IMG/VR virus record: IMGVR_UViG_2582581026_000003
Location: 3,607-67,606 of that record
Reading direction: 5' to 3' (one strand)
From: a virus
Taxonomy: Duplodnaviria > Caudoviricetes
DNA length: 64,000 nt
Under the pieces are notes generated by a model. The model had not been told where the DNA came from and made no database searches. It saw only the letters and a program-made list of their open reading frames with translations. This document shows positions 18,821-28,473 of this stretch, piece by piece. How positions within the stretch are numbered: position 1 is the first letter of the stretch; every line of letters begins with the position of its first letter. A program made the translations under genes and the position numbers.

Positions 18821-19419
18821 TTCGCACTCTCCTGTGGTTCAAGAAATTCCACCCATTGGACATCACTGTTGGCGACCATGAGATAGGTCACACCATCCTG
18901 TGGCACTGCGCCGTCCTCAGTGATCCAGGTCGGGAACTCCATTACGAAGTGCCCACCTTCTGGCTCCGCTGGCCACGCCAAGGGATACCCCATCAGCCGG
19001 CGACCGTCTTTGAAATTCAACACCACCCCACGGTCGGGAAAACGCAAAAATGCATATCGCCACTCACCAACTGAGGCTCGCGATGTGAGACCGACTTTCC
19101 TCGCTAACTTGTACAAAACGTCATGCTGCGAGAGATACGCCAACGCGAGACCGAATCCGACCGCAAAAACCAAAGACCAGGCAGTTGCAACGTTGTCGGT
19201 CCACAACCCAACCGCAAACCAGCTTCCAATCCAAATCGCTAATACTGATATGCCATCCACAAGGAGCTTGATCAGGCCGGTACAAATAAGAGCCTGAATG
19301 ACATGCTCGAACTGAGTTGGCTTCTTCGCGTCCGCGAGCCAGTAGAAGACAATCATCATCACGAAACCGGGCAGCAGCGCCTGCAGAATGGGCATCAGCT
19401 CCCCTGCAATCTCTCCCAT
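18817..19419 (-). CDS. DUF6338-like membrane protein
   Basis: LQALLPGF N-terminus, three hydrophobic segments, C-terminal beta domain (LNFKDGRRLMGYP..VQWVEF). Confidence 0.7.
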   Translation of the reverse strand: MGEIAGELMPILQALLPGFVMMIVFYWLADAKKPTQFEHVIQALICTGLIKLLVDGISVLAIWIGSWFAVGLWTDNVATAWSLVFAVGFGLALAYLSQHDVLYKLARKVGLTSRASVGEWRYAFLRFPDRGVVLNFKDGRRLMGYPLAWPAEPEGGHFVMEFPTWITEDGAVPQDGVTYLMVANSDVQWVEFLEPQESAK

Positions 19420-19552
19420 ACAAACCACCAAGCCCGAAAATGGATCCAGAGTAACCGGATCCTGGCCGGGTATCCAGTGTGGATGGAAAGCCAGTGGCGG
19501 GATTGGATCCACAAATAGTAGCGTTGTGCCTCCTACACCGGAGAGTTTCGAC

Positions 19553-19813
19553 ATGGCGCAAGTTGCTATAGACACCAAGAAATACCTTAGCCTGACAGAC
19601 AAGCCTAGCGAGGATCACTGGCAGAAAGTTTACGGAATTGGCAGTAAAGTCCCTGCATCTGGGATCTATCGCTGCACAACGTGCGGCGATGAAATCACCT
19701 CAAACAAAGGCGACCAATTCCCTCCGCAAAATAAAACTCAGCATCCCTGCCAAGACGAAAAAATCTACTGGGAACTGATCGTTATGACTCAGACAAAAGG
19801 CTCTGGCCGCTAA
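19553..19813 (+). CDS. Small zinc-ribbon protein (YjzC/protein L-like)
   Basis: VPASGIYRCTTCGDEI..FPPQN..H..W.LIV. Confidence 0.7.
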   Translation: MAQVAIDTKKYLSLTDKPSEDHWQKVYGIGSKVPASGIYRCTTCGDEITSNKGDQFPPQNKTQHPCQDEKIYWELIVMTQTKGSGR

Positions 19814-19882
19814 ACAATAAACTGTCCCAGTCCGTTGCCGGAAAGCCCATGGACTGGGGTATTGATGACCTAGGAGGTCAAT

Positions 19883-20125
19883 GTGAGCGAAGATCCCAAG
19901 TTCTCCCCGTACGAGCGCCATGACGCAGCAATCCTTGGATTGGCGCATGTGGTCAAAATCCTTGCAGCCGCTGTCTATGTTGACAGCCCGCACAAGCATT
20001 TCATTGATGAGGAGCTGAAGGCCGCTATGGCCGATGAAAAACCTGCAGGTGTGCCGCCGTCAAAGCTGGAGCTATACAGATCCACTTTCAGCGGCGTGAT
20101 CAAGGCGATCAACAGTGTGAAGTAG
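19883..20125 (+). CDS. Hypothetical protein (moron)
   Basis: AGGAGG RBS before a GTG start. Confidence 0.6.
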   Translation: MSEDPKFSPYERHDAAILGLAHVVKILAAAVYVDSPHKHFIDEELKAAMADEKPAGVPPSKLELYRSTFSGVIKAINSVK

Positions 20126-20256
20126 CACGCAGTTGGATAGCGCGTGAATCAGCGTCTTTTCGCCCTCGTCGATGAGCTCTTCACGACCGTCGTCGAGGCG
20201 CGGCGACGAGGCACGACCAGGTCCAATATCTTCCGATACTTCTGTTTGTCTACGAC

Positions 20257-21036
20257 TCATATAATTCTCCAGTTACTAACTGAACTCGCGTCCCGATGAC
20301 GCAACACAAGGCGTGTCCGGGCAAGCCAAGGCCCGCCGAACACGATGATTTCTGATGGCCTGCCGTACAAGTGGTGCAGCAGGAATGGGCCCTGGCCGAA
20401 CACTTGGCCCTGCTCGTCCGGCAGTTGCGGGTCAGTACCCAGGTAAATCCCGGCATGGTTCGGGTGCACCGTTCGCCCCACCTCTATGATGATCATGTCG
20501 CCGCGCTGTGGCCGGTCGACCTGGTAAAAGCCCGCCGCCTCATAGGCCTGCTCGTACAAGCTGGGCCCGGCGGCCTGCTCCCACCAACCGTCCTCCCGGG
20601 CGTAGGCCGGGAACTCCAACCCCCACTCCCGCTGATACCAGTCCGCGCAGGCCTGCCAGCAGTCCCAGGCGCCATGCACGAATGGCCGGCCCAGCAGCGG
20701 CGTGCTGCCGCTTGGGGTGATGGTGCGCAGGTCGCCTTCAGGCCAGGACAGGATGTGCCAGGGCAGAGCCGTAGCCTCGCACATGGCCAGGTCGCGCGGC
20801 GACGGCCTGCTGGTGGCGTCCGGATGTGAGTGTACGATGCCGATCACCTGACCCTGGTCTTCAACTGCCGCGTATTCCTCAGGCGCGATCCGGAACTCTT
20901 CGCCCGGGTCGCTCGCGGTGTTGTTGCAGGGCACATAGACCTGCTTACGGCCTACGGCCAGGATCAGTCCGCAACACTCGCGCGGGTACTCAGCCGCGGC
21001 GTGCGCTTGCACGGCGGCTAGGATGTGTTTGCGCAT
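20257..21036 (-). CDS. Tail assembly protein K (JAB/MPN plus NlpC/P60)
   Basis: YPRECCG, HSHPD, DCW, HAGIYLG, LHHLYG. Confidence 0.93.
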   Translation of the reverse strand: MRKHILAAVQAHAAAEYPRECCGLILAVGRKQVYVPCNNTASDPGEEFRIAPEEYAAVEDQGQVIGIVHSHPDATSRPSPRDLAMCEATALPWHILSWPEGDLRTITPSGSTPLLGRPFVHGAWDCWQACADWYQREWGLEFPAYAREDGWWEQAAGPSLYEQAYEAAGFYQVDRPQRGDMIIIEVGRTVHPNHAGIYLGTDPQLPDEQGQVFGQGPFLLHHLYGRPSEIIVFGGPWLARTRLVLRHRDASSVSNWRII

Positions 21037-21038
21037 GG

Positions 21039-21788
21039 TCAGCTCCGTGCAATGAGAGAAACGCCGGGGAATCCCACGAACGGAAGCTCGTTCTCGGCGC
21101 CCCAGCGCGCTTCGCAGCCAGTTCCAAGGCACCCACTGCACACATCCTTAGCCGGATCGTCGGTTGGGTTGCCCTCTTCATCGAAGTAGGGGCCGGTGTA
21201 GCCACAGACAGGCCCACGATAGCCGCCGGTCATTGCCTCATGGCACAACGTTGTCATCTGGCGCCCGATCGTCTCGCCGCCGACATCCCCCGGACTGGCC
21301 AGCTCCCACGCCACCATGGTGCCGTTCTCGCTGATCTTCTGGTCGATGTACCAGACCTCGATTGCCTCCTCAGTAGGGTCAGCCTCGGAGTTGCCACCGG
21401 AAAAATTCTCGGCGTCCAAGTACCGGCCCAGTGTTTGCCGGATGGTGAGCTTGAACTCAACGAGGTTTTCGAAGGCCAGGCAAAGCGCGGTAATGCGACC
21501 GTTGACGTTACCAACCGACAGCACAGGCCGTACCGCCGTGCCATCCGAGTTGGCTTCGATGCCTTCGATCTGCATCGGCCAGGCGCCATACTCGTTGCCC
21601 TGCCACCAGATTGGCTTAGCTGACAGCTGGTCAGCATCGACGCCAGCAGCCATCAACTCTTCAGGAGAGTGTGGGATCGCATGCCCATGAAAGCGGAGGA
21701 TGTCAGCACCGAAGTCCGAGCCGTCCAATTCGAACAGCAGTACTTCACTGCCAGGCGCAAGCGTCTGGATATCGCTGATAAGTGACAT
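21039..21788 (-). CDS. Minor tail protein L
   Basis: WQGNEY, C-terminal Cys cluster, FVGFPG. Confidence 0.92.
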   Translation of the reverse strand: MSLISDIQTLAPGSEVLLFELDGSDFGADILRFHGHAIPHSPEELMAAGVDADQLSAKPIWWQGNEYGAWPMQIEGIEANSDGTAVRPVLSVGNVNGRITALCLAFENLVEFKLTIRQTLGRYLDAENFSGGNSEADPTEEAIEVWYIDQKISENGTMVAWELASPGDVGGETIGRQMTTLCHEAMTGGYRGPVCGYTGPYFDEEGNPTDDPAKDVCSGCLGTGCEARWGAENELPFVGFPGVSLIARS

Positions 21789-21797
21789 AGTGATTCC

Positions 21798-22136
21798 CTA
21801 CGGGTGGAATGACCGCTCGAATGTGGCTGTGATCTTGAAGAGCCCGCCGCCTATGGGGACGGGAGCGGGGTCATTGCAAGTGAATAAGCCCAACTGCCCC
21901 ATAGGCGTGGTCCAAAGGAATGCCTTTGCACCGGCGTGGCGATCAAAGAACTCCATTACTTTCAAAGCTTTCTGCTTGCGCGCGGTGATCGTCACCGGGT
22001 AGGAGTCTTCCTTGTTGTTTGGTCCATCGCCGACGGTTTGCTTGTACCCTCCGCCGAATCGCGACTCCCTTACCCGGTATTTGATCTCGGGCTTCTCACC
22101 CCGCTCAGTCGCCCAGCTGAAAGTCTCGATAGCCAT
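21798..22136 (-). CDS. Minor tail protein M
   Basis: FGGGYKQTVGDGPN, HAGAKAFLWTTP. Confidence 0.9.
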   Translation of the reverse strand: MAIETFSWATERGEKPEIKYRVRESRFGGGYKQTVGDGPNNKEDSYPVTITARKQKALKVMEFFDRHAGAKAFLWTTPMGQLGLFTCNDPAPVPIGGGLFKITATFERSFHP

Positions 22137-25100
22137 CAGCGCCTCCCGTTTGCATTTCGATAGCTGATGCCGCCAGGACGCCAGGACTCGGCCACAGCGC
22201 GCTCTGCAGCGGTCTTCATCTGCTTCTGCATGTTCTGCTGCAGCAGTTCTTGATCCAGCTCCATGCCTTCGCTGCTGCGGTCTGGAACAACGACGCTCAC
22301 CGGTGCGTTGATCTGGATTGACGACCCGCCACCCGCTCCTGCTGCTGCGGCGGATACCGGCCCGGCTCCCAGTGGTGTGATCGTGCCGCCCTCAGCGCCC
22401 ATCATCAGGTAGGTCTTCCCTCCCTGATTCAGCAGCTCTGGGCCCAGCTCGTTCACCTGGTAGAGCGAGTTCGCCGCTACCGGGCCGCCGGCGGCACGTT
22501 GACCAGAGACGAAGTTATCCATGATCTCCGGGCTGTAGCCGGCCTGGGTGGAACCCGCCGAGGTCGGCGCACTGCCGCCGCTGAACCAAGCGCCCAGCGC
22601 GCTGCCGGCAATGCTCGACAGCAACCCTGAGGCAGCCTGCCGGGTGGCAATCCGCGCCATGTCCGCCAGGATCGACTTGGTGAAGTCAGCAAACGAGAAC
22701 TTGCCGGATATGGCGAAGTTCGCGACGGCGTCTTCCATCGAGCTGAAGGCATTGGTGAACAGGCTCTTGGTCTGCCCGGCGACATCTCGGGCCGACTCCA
22801 GGTAGTTCTGGAAGGCCGACGACGCGCCGGCGCTCCAACTGCCCTGGGCAGCGGTCATGTCGTTGTAGTTGGCGATCGCAGTTTCCTGCAGGTCGCGCTG
22901 AGTTTTATCGAGCGCCGCCAGCTTCTGGTTGTACTCGTCGAGGCTCATGCCGCGGGAGCCATCACCGTACTGGTTGGCCAGGTCCAGCTTCTGCTGGTTG
23001 ATCCGGTCGGCGATACCGTTCTGCTGGTCCTGCAGGCCGCGTTGCCGGTCGCCCAAGCCGAGGCCTTCGGCAGATCGCTGCCCTTGCAAGCGCAGAGCCT
23101 TCACCTGCTGGTCTAGCGCGCTGGTGTAGGTTTGCACCGCCTGGGCCTGCTTGCGCAGCCGACCCTCCTCGTTCGTGGCCAGCACCGCCAGCTCCGAATC
23201 AGCGTCCTTCTGCGCCTTGACCATGTTGGCCCGAGCATCGGCGATCTTCTGGTCCAGCTGGATCTGCTGGGCGGCCGAGGTGCCGGCCTTGCCCTTGGCA
23301 GCTTCGAGCGCCGCGATCTCCGCCTGATAGGCGTTGGTCACCTCGTCCTTTTGCTGCTCGACGATGGCCGCGCGTTGGGCTGCGTACGACTCCTGGGAGA
23401 TGATGCCGGCCTTCTGGGCTGCATCCAGCTCCTTCTGGTTGTTTTTGTACTCAGCCAGGATGGAGTTGAGAGCGTTCTTCTGTGTATTGAAGCCAGAGAG
23501 GTCCACGGCACCGGTGCGCCCTGCTGGATCCTTGTACTGCTCGGCGATGTTACTGCGGACCCTTGCGACAGCCTCAGGATTGAGTCGCGCGTCGGATGGA
23601 TCCTTCTTCCTGATGATATCCAGCGACCGCTCGTACTCCTTGAGCGCCTCGCTACGTTTCTTGGAGTTTGTCCAGGCGGACTTCTCCAAGGCGTCGACCT
23701 TGGCCATGGCCTTGATGGTCTTCTCGTTGGCGTCCGCCTCCTGGCGGTCGAATGCAGCGATTTCCTCCTGGGCTGCTTTCTTGTCCTTCAAGAACTGGAG
23801 CTGGTCGGTATAGAAGGTGACCATTTCCTTTTGATTCTGGAAGGCACCCACGTCGCCGCGCTCGGCACCGGCCAAGTTGAGCTCGGCCTGGCGAATATCG
23901 TCGTCGATGCTCTCTCGACCAATGTTTTTCAACTGATCGGCAGCCTTGGCGACCGCGTTGTAACCGCGTTCCCACCAGCTCAGATTCTCGATGATCTTCG
24001 GGGTGCGCTCGTTGATGGCGTCTGCGAAGGCTTCGGTGGCGAGCTTGACGGCGTCCGCGTGCCTCCCTTGCTGCTCAAGAGCGGCAATCTGCGAGTAGAC
24101 CGAGCTCGTCAAGTAGTTGTACTGCGTGTTCAGCGCGACCGAGGCTTTCACTGGGTCGTCCGCCAGCTTGACGAACTCGGCAATGGTCTCGGAAACCGCC
24201 CGGCCTGCGGCCTCCTCCATCGATACGGCTGCTTGCGCCACATCCATGAAGCTGTCGCCGGCGATCTTGCCGCTGCCGGCCAGGCTCGCCAGAACCGAAG
24301 CGGCTGCCCCGGTCGTGCCAACAGTCGCACTCACCTGCTTGGCCATGCTGCCCAGCTGATCTGAAGTCAGCCCGGCGGAATTAGCCGTCAGGATCAGCGC
24401 ATTGCCGTAGGCGTCTGCCTCTTCAGAGCCTTTGTAGAAGGCGTACCCCAGCGTCACTGCGGCAGCAGCCGAGACGGTAAATGGATTGATCAGGCCCAGG
24501 ATGTAGCCGCCCAAGGCACGCGCTGCTGGGCCAAGCCCGCCAAACATATCCTTGAGCTGACCGCCCTGCTGTAGGGCAACCATCATGATCGGCTGGCCAG
24601 CGACGATCGACGTGAAGATATCAGTGAACTGAGCGGGAACGCCGCGCAACGCCGCAGCGGTAGCCTTCGCGGTCATGCCAGTGCTGCTCAGTGCGGCATC
24701 TGCATTACCCAGGGCCGCCCTTGCCTGGTCAACCTTCTTCTTGTACTCGGCGAAGGTTTCAGGATCGAGAGCGCCGCTGGCTTTGAAGCCCTGCAGCTTC
24801 TGCTCCATCTGATCCAGACGGCTCATGGCTGCGACCGTAGGGTCGATTTTACCGAGCAGGTCGTCGAGAGCCTGGCCCTGATCGCGCTGGGCGGCGGCTG
24901 CGGTCTTGGCGGATCCGGCCAGGCGCTCTTCTGTTGCCAGCAAAGCTTGAGCGCGGGTATTGATGGCGGCCTGCCGGCTGGCGTTGTCCGAAAGGACGGC
25001 ATTCGCCTGACTGGTAACTTCGGCGGTTTGAGCGGTTGCACGGTTCAGCGATTGAACGTACTCACTCGCCTCCAGCGATGCCCTGGCCATGGTCGCCAGC

Positions 25101-25492
25101 CGAGCCTGCTGCTCATCAGCAGTTTCAGCAGCACGGCGGCTTGCCTGGGTGCCTGCGTCAGTAGCAGTCGTCAGCGCGGCCTGGGCTTGCCCGGCCTGCT
25201 CAGCCCCGGCTTTGAATGCAGTCATGCCCGCCGCGGCGGTAGTCACGGCACGGCCGACCGTGATCATCTGCTGTGCTAGCTCAGCCTGCTTGGCGTTGAG
25301 AGCTTGCAGCTCCTGAACAATCTGCCGGGTATCACCGTGCATCCCGCTCAGCGCTGATTCCCAGGCGCGCCCGGTCTTGCCCGCCGATTCCTCGCTACGC
25401 TTGCCTGCGTCTGCCAGCTTGTCGAGGTCGTTTGCAGCCTCGACAGCATCGCCGGAGTCGATCCGCAGGCCAAGGGAGGCAATCGTTGTCAT
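22136..25492 (-). CDS. Tail tape measure protein
   Basis: 1118 aa, Ala-rich helical, QQGGQLKDMFGG motif. Confidence 0.95.
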   Translation of the reverse strand: MTTIASLGLRIDSGDAVEAANDLDKLADAGKRSEESAGKTGRAWESALSGMHGDTRQIVQELQALNAKQAELAQQMITVGRAVTTAAAGMTAFKAGAEQAGQAQAALTTATDAGTQASRRAAETADEQQARLATMARASLEASEYVQSLNRATAQTAEVTSQANAVLSDNASRQAAINTRAQALLATEERLAGSAKTAAAAQRDQGQALDDLLGKIDPTVAAMSRLDQMEQKLQGFKASGALDPETFAEYKKKVDQARAALGNADAALSSTGMTAKATAAALRGVPAQFTDIFTSIVAGQPIMMVALQQGGQLKDMFGGLGPAARALGGYILGLINPFTVSAAAAVTLGYAFYKGSEEADAYGNALILTANSAGLTSDQLGSMAKQVSATVGTTGAAASVLASLAGSGKIAGDSFMDVAQAAVSMEEAAGRAVSETIAEFVKLADDPVKASVALNTQYNYLTSSVYSQIAALEQQGRHADAVKLATEAFADAINERTPKIIENLSWWERGYNAVAKAADQLKNIGRESIDDDIRQAELNLAGAERGDVGAFQNQKEMVTFYTDQLQFLKDKKAAQEEIAAFDRQEADANEKTIKAMAKVDALEKSAWTNSKKRSEALKEYERSLDIIRKKDPSDARLNPEAVARVRSNIAEQYKDPAGRTGAVDLSGFNTQKNALNSILAEYKNNQKELDAAQKAGIISQESYAAQRAAIVEQQKDEVTNAYQAEIAALEAAKGKAGTSAAQQIQLDQKIADARANMVKAQKDADSELAVLATNEEGRLRKQAQAVQTYTSALDQQVKALRLQGQRSAEGLGLGDRQRGLQDQQNGIADRINQQKLDLANQYGDGSRGMSLDEYNQKLAALDKTQRDLQETAIANYNDMTAAQGSWSAGASSAFQNYLESARDVAGQTKSLFTNAFSSMEDAVANFAISGKFSFADFTKSILADMARIATRQAASGLLSSIAGSALGAWFSGGSAPTSAGSTQAGYSPEIMDNFVSGQRAAGGPVAANSLYQVNELGPELLNQGGKTYLMMGAEGGTITPLGAGPVSAAAAGAGGGSSIQINAPVSVVVPDRSSEGMELDQELLQQNMQKQMKTAAERAVAESWRPGGISYRNANGRR

Positions 25493-25562
25493 GATCTGCT
25501 CCAGGCAGGTAACAAAAAGCCCGCACTAGGCGGGCTTAGGTATGGTTTGAGAACTGCATGAG

Positions 25563-26063
25563 TTAAGAGGGCTGAAATCTGGTACCGCAGGAATGGCACA
25601 TCCAAGTACGGCGCCACTCTTCCAACTTGTCATACTGAGCGACGTTGAACTTCCAGTGACGCACAAACCCGACCACACCAATGGCGATGAATGTCACGCC
25701 AATGAAGAACCTGCTCCAATCGACGCCCCAATACGAGTTCATCAGCTTGAGGCCGTCGTACAGGATAATAGCGCCAACCCCTGTGAGGATTACGGGTCCC
25801 AGCAAGCGCTTACCTGGGGGTGGACCGACGCTAGCGGCCAAATCGGTCTGATGCCGGCCGGTGGTCTCGACAGTTACGCGCGGTCCGATTCCGGATTGCG
25901 CTTGGTGAGTTGTATGAATGCGGGAAGTCCCAGCGGCATGGATGACGGACAAGAGCTGTACCTGCTGACCCTGGCATTGCGGGCAGCAGATGGCGTTGTT
26001 GCTCACCACGATTTCATTCCTTTGAGAGGCGGGAAACATGCATTCTAAGATAAGGAGAATCAA
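25563..26063 (-). CDS. Membrane protein with terminal CxxC motifs (moron; real start probably ~26007)
   Basis: CPQC, two TM segments, C-terminal CHSCG; own terminator at 25514-25538. Confidence 0.7.
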   Translation of the reverse strand: MILLILECMFPASQRNEIVVSNNAICCPQCQGQQVQLLSVIHAAGTSRIHTTHQAQSGIGPRVTVETTGRHQTDLAASVGPPPGKRLLGPVILTGVGAIILYDGLKLMNSYWGVDWSRFFIGVTFIAIGVVGFVRHWKFNVAQYDKLEEWRRTWMCHSCGTRFQPS

Positions 26064-26192
26064 TTCTGCACCTATGTATGCCCAGAAATGCTCCTTGGGA
26101 ACTTACCAAGCCGTGATTGGCGCCGTCAGCTTTTACTTCGCCCAACTGCTCACGTAACAACCTCCTGCCATCTCGCCGCATCATCCGCTGCC

Positions 26193-26516
26193 CTACGCCA
26201 CTGACTCAGCCATGACGGCCAGAGCCTCGGCCTCCATTACACGGAGATCGGGAAAAATGTCTGGAAGGTCGCAGCGCTTGATGCCGAGCATCGAGGCGGT
26301 GGTCGGGATGATTGAGTAATCCAGGCCCGAAGCACCGCCCATGCCCGTCCGCCATTGGGTGGACATTGCCTCGAACAAGCGAAAGGCTGGCCAAGCTTCC
26401 GGCCAGACCTCTATCTCTTCCTCATCGATGTCGTCTGGCGTAAGCCCCAAGGCCGCTAGCTGCTCGGCGGATTGGGCGCGCTCATAGCAGGCGCGGGCCG
26501 CCGCCCTCAGTTTCCC
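26193..26516 (-). CDS. Tail assembly chaperone GT extension (expressed by -1 frameshift)
   Basis: The -1 frame is open from GGGAAAC at 26516-26510 to 26193; TQWRTGMGGASGLDY motif. Confidence 0.85.
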   Translation of the reverse strand, partial: GKLRAAARACYERAQSAEQLAALGLTPDDIDEEEIEVWPEAWPAFRLFEAMSTQWRTGMGGASGLDYSIIPTTASMLGIKRCDLPDIFPDLRVMEAEALAVMAESVA

Positions 26517-26890
26517 AAGCGTGCCGGGCTGTAGGCGTTCTGGAAGGCGTCGATGACAGCTTTTGGCGCACCAGTGCAGGTTTGTACCAGGTCGAGGATG
26601 GCGTCGTCGCTGAACTTGTCGTCGAGATCCCAGCCAACCACGATGTCCTTCAGCTGCTCAGCCTGAAGCTCGATCTCGGCGGTGGTGGCGTCCTTCCAGC
26701 TGACACCCTCTTCCTTCGCCTTCTCCGCCCAGGCGTCTCGCGCCTTGTTCCAGCGATCGAACATCTCGGACAGCGCGATACGGTCCAAGTAGCGAAACTC
26801 GAACCCAACCTCCACCGGATCGGAGCCCACTCGTGGAAGCTGCACAGCTGCGCCGAACGTTGGGTTCTGCGCGATTTTGATCTTTGCCAT
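26507..26890 (-). CDS. Tail assembly chaperone G
   Basis: Lies between the tube and TMP genes; ends RLGN* on the slippery sequence G GGA AAC. Confidence 0.88.
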   Translation of the reverse strand: MAKIKIAQNPTFGAAVQLPRVGSDPVEVGFEFRYLDRIALSEMFDRWNKARDAWAEKAKEEGVSWKDATTAEIELQAEQLKDIVVGWDLDDKFSDDAILDLVQTCTGAPKAVIDAFQNAYSPARLGN

Positions 26891-26899
26891 GGGAACTCC

Positions 26900-27559
26900 T
26901 TACGCGCCAGCCAGGTAACGAAGCGAACGAGCAGACAGACCGACGCTGATGGTTCGGGTCATGACGTTGTTCCGCTCCATGGTCGGATCAGGGGTGATGC
27001 TGACGTAGCCTGGGTACAGGATCTGGTCACCGTTGCGTAGCTTCATACGGATCACCGCGAGTTCTTTGGAGGTGTCGTAACCCTCAACAGCCTGCACGTA
27101 AGGCGCAGTAGGTTGGTCCTCCACCACGATCGACAAGGTGGTCGGGTTGCGGTTGGTAGGGAACTGCTTGTCGTCGTCATCTTCCAGATAGCCAACGGTC
27201 GCATACTGCTGCTCACCACCGGCCGAGTTGAACGACGTGACCTTCGAGATCTGAACCCAGTCGGAAACCGGATACACGGAACCCACGCCCGCGCCTGCGG
27301 TGAATTTTTCTGCGTCGCTGGTATCGAGACCAGCCAGGGAGAATGCGTCATCGGCAACGTTGGATGCCTTGACGGCGCGATCGCTGATGAGTGCCCAACC
27401 GGAGTTGACCAGCAAAACGTCACCGTTCTGGATAGTGTGACCGGCAGCTGTCGCCACCGGAGGCTTTGCATTGGTCAGTGCAGTGAAAGGGATTGCAGCG
27501 CCAATGACTCTGGCGATCTCGAGCGTAGCTCCGTTCGGCAGCGGGAAGCGTGCGGCCAT
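26900..27559 (-). CDS. Major tail (tube) protein
   Basis: LPNGATLEIA, SAGGEQQY; position in the tail operon. Confidence 0.88.
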   Translation of the reverse strand: MAARFPLPNGATLEIARVIGAAIPFTALTNAKPPVATAAGHTIQNGDVLLVNSGWALISDRAVKASNVADDAFSLAGLDTSDAEKFTAGAGVGSVYPVSDWVQISKVTSFNSAGGEQQYATVGYLEDDDDKQFPTNRNPTTLSIVVEDQPTAPYVQAVEGYDTSKELAVIRMKLRNGDQILYPGYVSITPDPTMERNNVMTRTISVGLSARSLRYLAGA

Positions 27560-27598
27560 GGTGTCTTTCCTCATTGATGCCCGCCGGGCGGCGGTTGG

Positions 27599-28027
27599 TT
27601 ATGCCCCAGCGGGCGGTTGGTCTGCGACACCCTGGTAGGTGAAGCTGGCCGGGACCGTGTAGGTCACCGGCTCGGTGATGGTGGGCCCCTGCTCCAGCGG
27701 CTCGACGATCAAGCCTTCGAAGCCGCTGCGGCTGAGTTCGGTGTCGGCGCGGAACAGATTGCTCAGCTCGTCGACCAGGGCGTCAGCAGTAGCGAGGGCC
27801 TGGCCCGCCGGGCACACGATGCTGATCTGGTAGATACCCCGGTACTCCAAGGCCTCAGCAGCTAAGTAGCGGGTCGTGGTGCTGGCCGGCAGTAGGAAGG
27901 CCCGGAGGTAGGTCTCGCCCGGAGCGGCCTCGAAGTCCTCCTCCATGTGTGCGACACGGATCGGGCGCGCAGCCGCCCAGGCGGCCAGCTTGATCTCAAT
28001 GGCCTGGCGTGCGCGTGCGTGGCTCAT
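27599..28027 (-). CDS. Tail terminator-like protein
   Basis: YRGIYQISIVCPAGQ; position in the operon. Confidence 0.75.
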   Translation of the reverse strand: MSHARARQAIEIKLAAWAAARPIRVAHMEEDFEAAPGETYLRAFLLPASTTTRYLAAEALEYRGIYQISIVCPAGQALATADALVDELSNLFRADTELSRSGFEGLIVEPLEQGPTITEPVTYTVPASFTYQGVADQPPAGA

Positions 28028-28473
28028 ACCTGGTTGTTCCTGATGGCCTCCAGCACGATCTGCTGAAAGCGAGCGACGGTGATCCTGACCATTCCGCCCG
28101 GGGCCTGGTCGGAGTGACCGAACTCCAGCGGTATGGCATAGGGCAGATTGTTGACGATGAAGGCTGATTCGCCGGCGCGGAAAGCGATGGAGTCACCAAT
28201 CAAGCGCGCTGTGGCTGCGGATCCTGAAGGGTCCGCCTCGTCAAGCGTGCCGCTGGCCGGCGTGTCGACGCTGAACTGCCAGTTGCCCCGGAATCGCCCG
28301 GTATCGACCGGCGACATCCGGATCAGCGAACCGCCCAGCTCGATGACGATCTCACGCAAGCTCGCGTCGATAGCCTCGGTGGCCTGCTGGGCAAACTCGG
28401 CGAGGCTAAGAGCGAAACTGCCGGACTGTCCGCCGTACCGCTCTTTCATGTGCGATCCGCGCGCCATGGTCAC
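28024..28473 (-). CDS. HK97 gp10-like neck protein
   Basis: SPVDTGRFRGNW, NNLPYAIPLEFGHS.QAP.GMV. Confidence 0.85.
   Translation of the reverse strand: MTMARGSHMKERYGGQSGSFALSLAEFAQQATEAIDASLREIVIELGGSLIRMSPVDTGRFRGNWQFSVDTPASGTLDEADPSGSAATARLIGDSIAFRAGESAFIVNNLPYAIPLEFGHSDQAPGGMVRITVARFQQIVLEAIRNNQV

Noticed and set aside
11131-25540. Repeated hairpin-U-tract-CCTGGAG units before endolysin, J, I and TMP
   Set aside because: Explained as ordinary intrinsic terminators followed by the RBS.
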